Assembly (NCBI GenBank): GCA_012513605.1
Contig: JAAZBV010000128.1
Span: 605-64,604 of the forward strand
Source: Desulfatiglans sp.
GTDB taxonomy: Bacteria; Desulfobacterota; DSM-4660; Desulfatiglandales; HGW-15
DNA: 64,000 nt
Reading direction: 5' to 3'
In this document: positions 8,193 to 16,699 of the stretch, one piece after another
Layout: the number at the start of each line of letters is the position of its first letter
Position numbering within the stretch: position 1 is the first letter of the stretch
The notes under the pieces: generated by a model
Seen by the model: the letters and a program-made list of their open reading frames with translations, nothing else
The model's database searches: none
Told to the model about the DNA's origin: nothing
Program-made: the position numbers and the translations under genes

Positions 8193-9418
8193 ACCCTATC
8201 CATCTCTTCCAGCGCCCTGCGCCTGCGGTAATATGATGGCAGCAGCAGGATAAATACAACAATGGCCATCAGTATCACCAGTGAAGCTGATTCAAACATA
8301 ATAGAATAATTATACATATCATACACCATACTGCCTAAAACAGGACCGAGAAAAAGGCTTACATCTATGCCGATATACAGGGTATTGCTGGCAACCCCTC
8401 TCTTAAGGGGTGTTTCGGAAAGCATGCACATGGAATACATTGCAGGCTGAAATGCGCCGAATCCTAAAGATGCAACAGCTGCGCCAATGAGCATTGTGCC
8501 GATTGTTTTCGCTGATCCTATTATAATAAATGAGAGGGCCATTATTATCAGGCTTGGGATAAGAATCCTGGTTAATCCGTATCTATCGGTCAGATAACCG
8601 CTTGCCGGTCTTGTAATTACAAGGACTCCTGCCAGTACAGTATAAAATGAGCTTATCCCCGAAATATTGAGCTCTTTTGCATACTCAACAGTATACACAT
8701 TATATAATGACCACCCTAAATAAATAAAAAACATAACCAGTGCCATGGGAATCGCATGAACAGAGGCTATATTTTTATACCATGCCCCTGTGCTTAATAT
8801 ATCTTCCTTTGTTTTTTTATCCGGTAAAAGAAAAAGACCCGGAATGAGCCCCAGAAATGAAATAACCGCTGCAAAAAGAAAAACAGATGTAAATCCAAAG
8901 TTTTCATTTTTTAAATTTGTGCCAAAGTTCAGAATGCTTATTCCCAGGGTTGGCGCCAAAGCCATACTGAGTGATGAACTGAGCCCGTAAATCCCCATCC
9001 CGGAGGCCATTTTTTCTTTGGGAAGGTTATCCCCGGCCAGGGTCATCGTAAGGGTTCCTACAAGTGCATACTGAAGACCATGAAGCAGCCTGAAAGCGAT
9101 AAAGGCAGATATATTATCAAAAAGCGCGTAACCGATATTTGCAACTCCACCGATAAAGAAAACCAGTATCATCAGTTTTCGTTTGTCAAATTTAGTAAGA
9201 ACCGGGCCTGATATTGGCCGCATTGAGAAGGCGACACCAAAAAAGATGCCTGTTAAGAGCCCCATAATATGGGCGCTGGCCCCCAGATGAAGGGCATAGG
9301 AGGCAATAAGAGGATTTATGGCAAAATGTGAAATGGCGAGTATAAAGGATATCAGCAATATACAAATAAAATTACGGTTCCATATTGTGACCGGCACCCC
9401 TGTTTTTGAACTCTTCAA
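8129..9418 (-). CDS. MFS transporter
   Basis: 429-aa polytopic ORF with about 12 hydrophobic segments. TTG start with AAGGAG 7 nt upstream. The last ~20 codons (ETGLKVQGSGHRVQGNNYNL) are encoded by the repeat block. Confidence 0.85.
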   Translation of the reverse strand: MKSSKTGVPVTIWNRNFICILLISFILAISHFAINPLIASYALHLGASAHIMGLLTGIFFGVAFSMRPISGPVLTKFDKRKLMILVFFIGGVANIGYALFDNISAFIAFRLLHGLQYALVGTLTMTLAGDNLPKEKMASGMGIYGLSSSLSMALAPTLGISILNFGTNLKNENFGFTSVFLFAAVISFLGLIPGLFLLPDKKTKEDILSTGAWYKNIASVHAIPMALVMFFIYLGWSLYNVYTVEYAKELNISGISSFYTVLAGVLVITRPASGYLTDRYGLTRILIPSLIIMALSFIIIGSAKTIGTMLIGAAVASLGFGAFQPAMYSMCMLSETPLKRGVASNTLYIGIDVSLFLGPVLGSMVYDMYNYSIMFESASLVILMAIVVFILLLPSYYRRRRALEEMDRVETGLKVQGSGHRVQGNNYNL

Positions 9419-9613
9419 GTAATGACTCCTTTTTGACCTCGGTTAATTATATTGACACAATATGGACTTTTGTATACTTGTATACATTAGTAATGATTTT
9501 GGCAAGAACAGAGTGCTGAAATTTCAAATTCATCTGTGAGCCATCAATATTTTTATCGGGTTTCAATATGCTCGATTAACCATCCTGTAATAAATTACTA
9601 AAGGAGATTTACC

Positions 9614-10960
9614 ATGAATAGATCAATAAAGTTGCGTTATGGATTTCTGGTCAACTGCCTGTTCCTGTCACTGTTAATCCTGACAACAATCGGAAGTCAG
9701 ATAACCTTTGCAGCCATTGCTCTTCCCGGTCACGCGCCGGAGGGCTTTAACAAAATCAGACCGGATATCCCGCAAGGTAAGCTGGAGACCATTACCTATA
9801 ATTCAAAGAGTATAGGCGTAGATCGCAAGGCGGTCGTCTACACCCCTCCAAACTATGATCCGAATAAAAAATATCCGATTCTCTACCTGATGCACGGGAT
9901 AGGAGGAAATGAGACCCATTGGACAACCCTCTGCTCAGCCAATAAGATCCTCGATAACCTGATTGCTGATAAAAAGGCTGTGCCAATGATCATTGTAATG
10001 CCTAACGGACGGGCCACAGCCGAACCGCCTTCAGGTAATTTCATGGCAGACTTTAATTACTACGCCAACCTTGAGCCGGACCTGCTGAATGATTTGATGC
10101 CCTATATTGAATCACATTATTCTGTAAACAAGAGCAGGGACCACCAGGCCCTTACAGGCCTTTCCATGGGAGGAGGTCAGGGGCTTAATTTCGGGATCAA
10201 CAATATCGACAAATTTGCATGGGTAGGCGGCTTTTCTTCTGCACCCAACCTCCAGCCGCCCACTGTTCTCGTACCCAAGATTCAGAATGCCAAGGAAAAA
10301 CTGAGCCTGCTCTGGATAGGCTGCGGGGACAAGGACAACCTGATTACTGGAAGCTGGAACCTGCATAAGGCCCTGGATGAGGCAAAAATTAATCATGTAT
10401 GGTATCTTGATTCAGGGGTGCACGAAGTCCCTGTATGGGATAATAACCTGTACCTGTTCGCCCAGATGCTCTTTAAACCCGCAGGATCAGTTACGCCTCC
10501 GCCCTCTATTGGAACATATGACGGCACCCAGCCGATCAGTATGGGAATGGGGATGCCGGGCATGGGCCGTGGCCCAATGCCGGGGGCCGGTGCACCCGGT
10601 GGCGGGGTCAATTCCGAGTTTACGGCAACAAGAGAGAATGGCGGGAGTTCATCAAAGGGGATCGCAGGGAAATGGATCGCAAAGGATGGTGACAACAATT
10701 TAAAGTATGATTTCAGGGTTGATGGCTCCATACTCACAGGCACCATCGAGAATACGCAAATGCCAGGGGCAATTGAGATTAAGGATGGAACAATACAAGG
10801 AGACAATCTCTCTTTTTCCTATGAACGCAAGATGGGTGAACAAAGTTTTACTATGAAATGGACAGGAACCCTTTCAGGCAATGAACTCAAGCTGAAACGC
10901 AGCCTCGGAGGCGGTATGGGCGGCTTTGGAGGCGGAGGGATGCCGGGAGGTGGACGCTAA
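9614..10960 (+). CDS. Secreted esterase (esterase-D/CE1-like alpha/beta hydrolase, feruloyl/acetyl-xylan esterase type) with Gly/Met-rich linkers and a C-terminal beta-rich domain
   Basis: Signal peptide. YPILYLMHGIGGNETHW and the nucleophile elbow GLSMGG. Low-complexity GMGMPGMGRGPMPGAGAPGGG and a C-terminal GGGMGGFGGGGMPGGGR. AAGGAG RBS. Confidence 0.8.
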   Translation: MNRSIKLRYGFLVNCLFLSLLILTTIGSQITFAAIALPGHAPEGFNKIRPDIPQGKLETITYNSKSIGVDRKAVVYTPPNYDPNKKYPILYLMHGIGGNETHWTTLCSANKILDNLIADKKAVPMIIVMPNGRATAEPPSGNFMADFNYYANLEPDLLNDLMPYIESHYSVNKSRDHQALTGLSMGGGQGLNFGINNIDKFAWVGGFSSAPNLQPPTVLVPKIQNAKEKLSLLWIGCGDKDNLITGSWNLHKALDEAKINHVWYLDSGVHEVPVWDNNLYLFAQMLFKPAGSVTPPPSIGTYDGTQPISMGMGMPGMGRGPMPGAGAPGGGVNSEFTATRENGGSSSKGIAGKWIAKDGDNNLKYDFRVDGSILTGTIENTQMPGAIEIKDGTIQGDNLSFSYERKMGEQSFTMKWTGTLSGNELKLKRSLGGGMGGFGGGGMPGGGR

Positions 10961-11075
10961 CAGAAGCGTTGGGTTTACACAATCCAAAGCTTTAATAGGG
11001 TACGGAGTTAAGTAATATGTGAAAAGATGATTATCTGCTTTTTATTATTGATAGATAAATCAGATACTCTGTAAT

Positions 11076-11123
11076 GCAAAGGCAGTTAAGGTTTTTATCT
11101 TAACTGTCTTTTGCTTTTTATTT
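11076..11123 (+). terminator. Rho-independent terminator downstream of the esterase gene
   Basis: gcaaaggcagttaag / cttaactgtcttttgc imperfect stem, followed by tttttattt. Confidence 0.55.
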
Positions 11124-11206
11124 AGGTGGTTAATGCAAACCAATCTTTAGAGGCTCTGAAGGTTGAATCAATGTGGGTAAATATTCCAAAAAATGATAAT
11201 AAAACG

Positions 11207-11404
11207 TCAAGCCGCATTTTTTGCTAACAGCTCGCGAACTGCAGGAATAAGTTCATTTGGAACTTCAACAAAAGTCTGAGATATATCTTCCCAGGCAGCT
11301 TCATCTTCTGCAACAGCTTCTTCCTCTGTCTGGCTCTCATAATGATCAAGGACACATTTTACACGTTCTTCATCCCACCCTTTTGGAAACCTGTTTTTTT
11401 TCAT
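11207..11404 (-). CDS. Small acidic protein, putative antitoxin partner
   Basis: 65 aa (MKKNRFPKGWDEERVKCVLDHYESQTEEEAVAEDEAAWED...). Its start overlaps the stop of the upstream 94-aa ORF at 11404. Confidence 0.45.
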   Translation of the reverse strand: MKKNRFPKGWDEERVKCVLDHYESQTEEEAVAEDEAAWEDISQTFVEVPNELIPAVRELLAKNAA

Positions 11405-11688
11405 CAGTTTATTCTCCTTTTCCCCCTGCGCTTAAACGCCTTTAGAGGCTTTCCTTTTAATTCATAAGCAGTAATTACGAATATACTATCAGGCTCAGAG
11501 TCCTGAACATAAATAACCCGAAGATATTTGCCACCCCTTGTCTGACCAATTGCGATCCGAGAATTTTCTTTACCTCGTCGATCTTCGCTTGGTTTCTGTA
11601 ACACATCCTTCACTTCATTTTCCTGCACATCATGATTGTAAATATGAGGCAGATTTGTTTCTGGATCTATGTAATAGCGAATTTTCAT
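11404..11688 (-). CDS. Small basic protein, putative toxin of a type II TA-like pair (family not identified with confidence)
   Basis: 94 aa with a basic C-terminus (KAFKRRGKRRIN). Overlapping two-gene cassette flanked by AT-rich non-coding DNA. Confidence 0.45.
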   Translation of the reverse strand: MKIRYYIDPETNLPHIYNHDVQENEVKDVLQKPSEDRRGKENSRIAIGQTRGGKYLRVIYVQDSEPDSIFVITAYELKGKPLKAFKRRGKRRIN

Positions 11689-11989
11689 TTTATTATATCA
11701 GAATACAGTTTTTGGTCAAATTTCCGATGCGAAGCAAATTAAATGATAATTTTTTTGCACACAATATATGAAAATACATGTGTCGGGTCAAGAAAAGAAT
11801 ACGTTGAGCAAGCGGCAGGTAGGCCGATGACTCTTTGCAATTTTATCAGGTGTGGATTCACCTCGCACTAAGTAGAAAAACACATACAATTCCTCACCAA
11901 AAAAATGACATTAGGCACATTCCCCTCCTTAACTTGACATCAGTACACCCGGTACGAAACTGGAAAAAATGTTTATTTAGGAAGGAGTT

Positions 11990-12976
11990 CTATGTTTTAA
12001 CCCTTGATCCTGTTTTTATCTTCCCTAATGAAAGATATCGCTGCAGCAGGATAAAGATACACAAAAGGATGCCGATAAAGACCTTTGTCCACCAGGTGCT
12101 CAGGTTCCCCTGAAACGTGATGATGGTCTGGATCAGCCCCAGGATCATGACACCGATAACTGTTCCCTCCATAAAGCCCACACCGCCTGTTAAAAGGGTT
12201 CCCCCGATAACAACAGCGGTAATTACATCCAGTTCAAGTCCTGTGCCGGCAAGCGGGTATCCAGCAAGGGTATAGAGGGAATAGACCAGCCCCCCTGCTG
12301 CACAGATGGTGCTGTTGAGGGTGTATATGAGGATTTTGCTCCTTCCAACCGGAAGACCCATTAGGATGGCAGATTTTTCATTATCGCCTATGGCATAAAT
12401 ATTTCTGCCGAAACGTGTATAATGCAGGATATATGCGCCAAGCATAGCCATTACAATAAAGGTAACCGCATAGGCAGGTAGCCTGATTCCATTACCCAGT
12501 GGAATAGAAGCCTTTGAGATAGTGAGAAAAAGTTCATTGCGGATGGGCACAGAGTCAAGGCTTATCACGAAGGATAGCCCCCTGGCCAGAAACATCCCGA
12601 CAAGGGTTACAAGAAAAGGGGGCATTTCAAGAAAGTGTATCATGCTTCCCATAGTAAAGCCCAGCACTGCGCCGCAGAGGAGGCAGATGAAGATAACCAT
12701 AAATGGCGATATGCTGGTGCGTGATAGCAGGTTTGCACATAAAACCCCGGTAAATGCGACAAGAGAACCAACAGAGAGATCAATCCCTCCTGAGATGATG
12801 ACAAAGGTCATGCCAATGGCGATGATGCCGACAAAGGCGTTATCTATAAAGAGGTTAATAAAAACACGGAGAGAAAAAAAGCCTTTATAGGCAAATGTAC
12901 CTGAGAGATAGATCAGGATGAATACCAGAAAGGTTGAAAGGATTGGTATATTTTTCTGGCTTAATCGAAATCTCAT
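11990..12976 (-). CDS. yjfF: Sugar ABC transporter permease, YjfF-like (furanose importer)
   Basis: 328 aa. Strong resemblance, recalled from E. coli YjfF, e.g. GIIAIGMTFVIISGGIDLSVGS and LSTWWTKVFIGILLCIFILLQR. 4-nt overlap with the upstream permease gene. Confidence 0.8.
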   Translation of the reverse strand: MRFRLSQKNIPILSTFLVFILIYLSGTFAYKGFFSLRVFINLFIDNAFVGIIAIGMTFVIISGGIDLSVGSLVAFTGVLCANLLSRTSISPFMVIFICLLCGAVLGFTMGSMIHFLEMPPFLVTLVGMFLARGLSFVISLDSVPIRNELFLTISKASIPLGNGIRLPAYAVTFIVMAMLGAYILHYTRFGRNIYAIGDNEKSAILMGLPVGRSKILIYTLNSTICAAGGLVYSLYTLAGYPLAGTGLELDVITAVVIGGTLLTGGVGFMEGTVIGVMILGLIQTIITFQGNLSTWWTKVFIGILLCIFILLQRYLSLGKIKTGSRVKT

Positions 12977-14031
12977 GATGGCCTGTCTCCTGAATGTAAA
13001 ATAAGCGAGAGCTGATCCCGCAGTTTTTTAGACTGGATCAGCGCCACCATGATGATTATTACTGCCTTGAATACCAGCACGACCTGGGGCGGGACACCGC
13101 GCGTAATGATGGTTGTTGTAAGGGACTGGATAATAAGTGCCCCGATGATAGCGCCAGCCATTGAAAAACGTCCTCCGTTTATGGTCCCCCCGATAATAAC
13201 AGCGGCGATTGCATCCAGTTCCATAAATATTCCTGCATTGTTGGCATCTGCTGCCTTTATATCCGCAGTAATGATCAGACCTGCAAGGCCAGCGCAGAAC
13301 CCTGAAAAACCATAGGTTAAGGTTGTTATCATCCTTACCGGTATCCCCATGTAACGGCTTGCAAGGGGATTTGCGCCTGATGCCTCAATGAAAAGCCCGA
13401 GTGTTGTTTTTCTGGTAATGGCCCAGGTGAGAATAAAGAGGAGAATCACCATGATAACAGGGAAGGGCAGCCCCAGGAAGAAACCGCTTCCTATGAACTG
13501 GAAGGGTGCATGCTCAAATACAATGATCTGCCCGTGTGTGATTAACTGTGCAATCCCCCTGCCCACTGTCATGAGTATAAGTGTGGCGATAATAGGCTGG
13601 ACACCTATGTAAGCCACAAGAAAGCCGTTCCATAACCCCAGAATGATTGATAGCACAAGAGGCACAAGAAGCACTATGATCAAAGAGGTCTGGTCACCAT
13701 ATTCCAGGATGCCTTTAACATAATCAGGCCTGATAAGCTGCGCTGCTAAAGCCCCTGAGATGGCAATGATTGCGCCCACTGACAGATCAACGCCCCCGGT
13801 TGCGTAAACCAGGGTCATACCGATTGTGATAAGTATAACCGGCGCACCCCTGTTGAATATATCTATCAATGAGCCGAACAGGTGACCGTTCTTTATCTCA
13901 ATGTGGAAAAATCCATCTGTGAAAATCAGATTGAATAAAAGTATGGCTATAAAGGCGAGCAGGGGATAGATGATGCTCAGGTCTGAAGAGCCAGGGTTCA
14001 AAAGAGATCTCTTTTTCTTAACAATGTTCAT
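12973..14031 (-). CDS. ytfT: Sugar ABC transporter permease, YtfT-like
   Basis: 352-aa polytopic protein of the CUT2 permease family (TIGMTLVYATGGVDLSVGA). Overlaps both neighbouring genes by 4 nt. Confidence 0.8.
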   Translation of the reverse strand: MNIVKKKRSLLNPGSSDLSIIYPLLAFIAILLFNLIFTDGFFHIEIKNGHLFGSLIDIFNRGAPVILITIGMTLVYATGGVDLSVGAIIAISGALAAQLIRPDYVKGILEYGDQTSLIIVLLVPLVLSIILGLWNGFLVAYIGVQPIIATLILMTVGRGIAQLITHGQIIVFEHAPFQFIGSGFFLGLPFPVIMVILLFILTWAITRKTTLGLFIEASGANPLASRYMGIPVRMITTLTYGFSGFCAGLAGLIITADIKAADANNAGIFMELDAIAAVIIGGTINGGRFSMAGAIIGALIIQSLTTTIITRGVPPQVVLVFKAVIIIMVALIQSKKLRDQLSLILHSGDRPS

Positions 14032-15560
14032 AATCTCTCTCCAGTGCCTTCCTGAGCAAGTGTTGTCATGATTGTCTCTTCAGATATATTTTCGCCCGAA
14101 ATCTCCCCTACCTTTTTTCTGTCCTTCAGTATTGCGACACGGCTGCATGTGTGAACGATCTCTTCCAGCTCAGAGGAGATAAAGAGGATGCTGCGGCCTT
14201 CCTCCCTTAACCTGAATATCAGTTTCTCTATCTCTGCCTTGGCGCCCACATCAATACCCCGTGTGGGTTCGTCCAGTATCAGGAGGCGCGGATTCATGGC
14301 CATCCAGCGGGCAAGGATAACCTTCTGCTGGTTTCCACCGCTCAAGGTTCCGGCCTTCTGCTCTCTGCCTGATACCTTTATCTTTAACAACTCTATATAT
14401 TGGTCTGTTATTCTATCCTGTTCCTTCCTTGATATGCTCCTCAAGAAACCTCTGCGGGACTGTAGCGGTAGAACGATATTTTCTCTTACTGTAAGATCCG
14501 GGATAATGCCTTCGGTTTTCCTGTCTTCAGGGCAGAAGGCTATTGAATGAGAGATAGCATGCCTGGGAGAGTGAATGGCAACAGGTTCATTGTCTATTTC
14601 CATTGTTCCGCCTGTGGGCCTGTTAATGCCGAAAAGGAGTTTTGCCACCTCTGTACGCCCTGAGCCAAGCAGCCCGGCCAGGCCAACCACCTCACCTTCG
14701 CATATCCCAAGATCAAACGGAAACAGGACACCCTTTTCTTCTACATTATTGAGGGTCATGAAGGGTTCTTTTTGTGAAGGTGTCTCTTCAGCTCTTTTAC
14801 CTGATGATACCATCTCCTGTTCCAGCTCCTTACCCAGCATCTTTGATATCAACTGAAAACGCGGAAGCTCTGCTGTTTTGTATTCACCGATAAACTGCCC
14901 GTTTCTTAAGACCGTGATTCGGTCTGATGTCTCATATACCTGGTCAAGAAAGTGTGTAATAAAGATGATGCCCATTCCTTCATCCTTAAGCCTCTTCATT
15001 GTCTTGAAGAGGTTTTTGCATTCCGCCATGTCAAGGCTGGAGGTTGGTTCATCCAGGATCAGGATATTTGCCCTGATATCAATGGCCCTTGCTATGGCCA
15101 CCATCTGCTGGATAGCTGTGGAGAAAGAGGAGAGGGGGAGGGTTACATCGATTTCAAGATCGAGTTTGGCAAGGGCATTTTTGGCATTCATGTTAATGGC
15201 CTTCCAGTCAATCCTGATGCCTTTCATGGGCTGGCGGCCTATAAATATATTTTCCGCTACAGAAAGATTGGGGAGCAGATTTATCTCCTGGTATACGGTG
15301 CTGATTCCCTTACTGGCCGCATCCATGGGGGATGAGGCATCGAACTCTTTGCCTTCAAATTTAATGGAACCGCTGCCTTTTTTATGGACTCCTGTAAGCA
15401 CCTTAATCAGGGTGGATTTACCAGCGCCATTTTCACCCATGAGCGCATGGATCTCCCCGCGCCTCAGGGTGAAATCCACAGCGTCAAGGGCCTTAACACC
15501 GGGGAAGCTCCTGGTCAGGCCTCTTATTTCAAGCAAAACATTGCCAATATCTGGCATCAA
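14028..15560 (-). CDS. ytfR: Sugar ABC transporter ATP-binding protein with duplicated ATPase domains, YtfR-like
   Basis: 510 aa. Walker A GENGAGKST. Signature LSGGNQQKV. Two nucleotide-binding domains, typical of CUT2 systems. Confidence 0.85.
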   Translation of the reverse strand: MMPDIGNVLLEIRGLTRSFPGVKALDAVDFTLRRGEIHALMGENGAGKSTLIKVLTGVHKKGSGSIKFEGKEFDASSPMDAASKGISTVYQEINLLPNLSVAENIFIGRQPMKGIRIDWKAINMNAKNALAKLDLEIDVTLPLSSFSTAIQQMVAIARAIDIRANILILDEPTSSLDMAECKNLFKTMKRLKDEGMGIIFITHFLDQVYETSDRITVLRNGQFIGEYKTAELPRFQLISKMLGKELEQEMVSSGKRAEETPSQKEPFMTLNNVEEKGVLFPFDLGICEGEVVGLAGLLGSGRTEVAKLLFGINRPTGGTMEIDNEPVAIHSPRHAISHSIAFCPEDRKTEGIIPDLTVRENIVLPLQSRRGFLRSISRKEQDRITDQYIELLKIKVSGREQKAGTLSGGNQQKVILARWMAMNPRLLILDEPTRGIDVGAKAEIEKLIFRLREEGRSILFISSELEEIVHTCSRVAILKDRKKVGEISGENISEETIMTTLAQEGTGERL

Positions 15561-15585
15561 TATCTCATCTCCTTGTTAAACAACA

Positions 15586-15711
15586 GGGCAGACGCAGGGG
15601 TCCGCCCCTACGTTATTTTTACCTGGCCCCCTATCCTGTCAGGTGCAGCTTCAGAAAAGGCCGAAATTTTATAAGTTCTGGCTGACATCTGAACGCTGAT
15701 TGCTGAAAGCT
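15586..15711. repeat. Intergenic repeats: CCCCTAC-type hairpin plus a GGCTGACATCTGA-CGCTGA-TGCTGAAAGCT unit
   Basis: gggcagacgcaggggtccgcccctacg (15586-15612). ggctgacatctgaacgctgattgctgaaagct (15680-15711) recurs almost identically at 20825-20856. Confidence 0.6.
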
Positions 15712-15717
15712 GCCTTT

Positions 15718-16677
15718 TTAATACTTCCTGCTCCCTATTGCCTCAGCGGCAGTCTCCTGCGGAAACACCCCCTCTTCTGTTACAATCTTTTTAGGTACAG
15801 ATTCACCCTTTGCCAGCGCCTCCACTGCATCAAAGAGCTGCGGCCCAAGGAGCGGGCTGCACTCAATAGTGCAGTTCAGCTTTCCCTCTATCATTGCCTC
15901 AAATGCGCCTCTTACAGCATCAATGGAGACAATGATAATATCTTTGCCAGGCGCCAGTCCATATGCCTCTATCGCCTGTATGGCGCCTATGGCCATGTCA
16001 TCATTATGTGAAAAGAGGACATTTATGTTTTTACCTTCAGTCTTAAGAAATGCCTCCATTATCTCCTTACCGCCTGACCGGGTGAAATTCCCGCTCTGGC
16101 TTTTAATGACCTCCATTCCCGGATGATCTTTTATAACCTCCTCAAAACCCTTCTTTCTGTCAATAGCAGGGGCAGAACCCACAGTACCCTGAAGTTCCAC
16201 TATTTTCACATTCGTGTAGCCATTTTCAACGAGCCAGCGTGCGGCCCTGCGGCCCTCCTCAACAAAGTCTGAGCCCATGAATGTCACCCATAAAGAGTCA
16301 TCCTGCACATCCACCCCGCGGTCAATCAGGATAACAGGTATACCCGCATCCTTGGCTTCCCTCAGAACCGCCTCAAATCCGGTTTCAACAACAGGAGAAA
16401 ATGCGATAACATCCACGCCCTGGGCAATGAAGTTCCTGATAGCCTTGATCTGGTTCTCCTGCTTCTGCTGGGCATCTGAGAAGATCAGCTTTATGTTGGC
16501 CCTTTTTGCCGCCTCGCTCCGGATGGATTCGGTATTGGCGACCCTCCATGCACTTTCAGCCCCTATCTGTGAGAAGCCCACAGTAATGGTGCCGTCATCT
16601 TTGGCTGTCTGTGAACAGCCTGAGATGAATAACAGAGCTGCACAAATTATAGCAGCGATCTTGATTTGCTTTTTCAT
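15718..16677 (-). CDS. ytfQ: Periplasmic sugar-binding lipoprotein, YtfQ-like (galacto-/arabinofuranose-binding type)
   Basis: 319 aa. Lipobox FISGC. Periplasmic-binding-protein type I fold motifs. First gene of the YtfQRT-YjfF-type set. Confidence 0.8.
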   Translation of the reverse strand: MKKQIKIAAIICAALLFISGCSQTAKDDGTITVGFSQIGAESAWRVANTESIRSEAAKRANIKLIFSDAQQKQENQIKAIRNFIAQGVDVIAFSPVVETGFEAVLREAKDAGIPVILIDRGVDVQDDSLWVTFMGSDFVEEGRRAARWLVENGYTNVKIVELQGTVGSAPAIDRKKGFEEVIKDHPGMEVIKSQSGNFTRSGGKEIMEAFLKTEGKNINVLFSHNDDMAIGAIQAIEAYGLAPGKDIIIVSIDAVRGAFEAMIEGKLNCTIECSPLLGPQLFDAVEALAKGESVPKKIVTEEGVFPQETAAEAIGSRKY

Positions 16678-16699
16678 ATTATGATACCTCCAAAAAAAA

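Noticed and set aside
9452-9486. TTGACA...TATACT and the TGTATAC-TT-GTATACA inverted repeat in the MFS/esterase divergent region, as a possible promoter and operator
   Set aside because: The -35/-10 spacer is only 15 nt. GTATAC is trivially self-complementary, and no regulator gene is nearby to support calling it an operator. Left unannotated.
11835-12113. 92-aa plus-strand ORF upstream of and overlapping the yjfF-like gene
   Set aside because: It has a TTG-type start with no RBS, overlaps the 3' end of a confident permease gene on the opposite strand, and its translation has no recognisable features.
14878-15579. Long antisense ORFs inside well-supported genes (e.g. 14878-15579, 5502-6144, 16836-17495, 20175-20721, 21992-22393, 30392-30937, 47477-48013, 48095-48655, 61328-61846)
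   Set aside because: They lie entirely opposite CDS that have strong family signatures, lack RBS motifs, and have low-complexity or compositionally odd translations. They are typical shadow ORFs.
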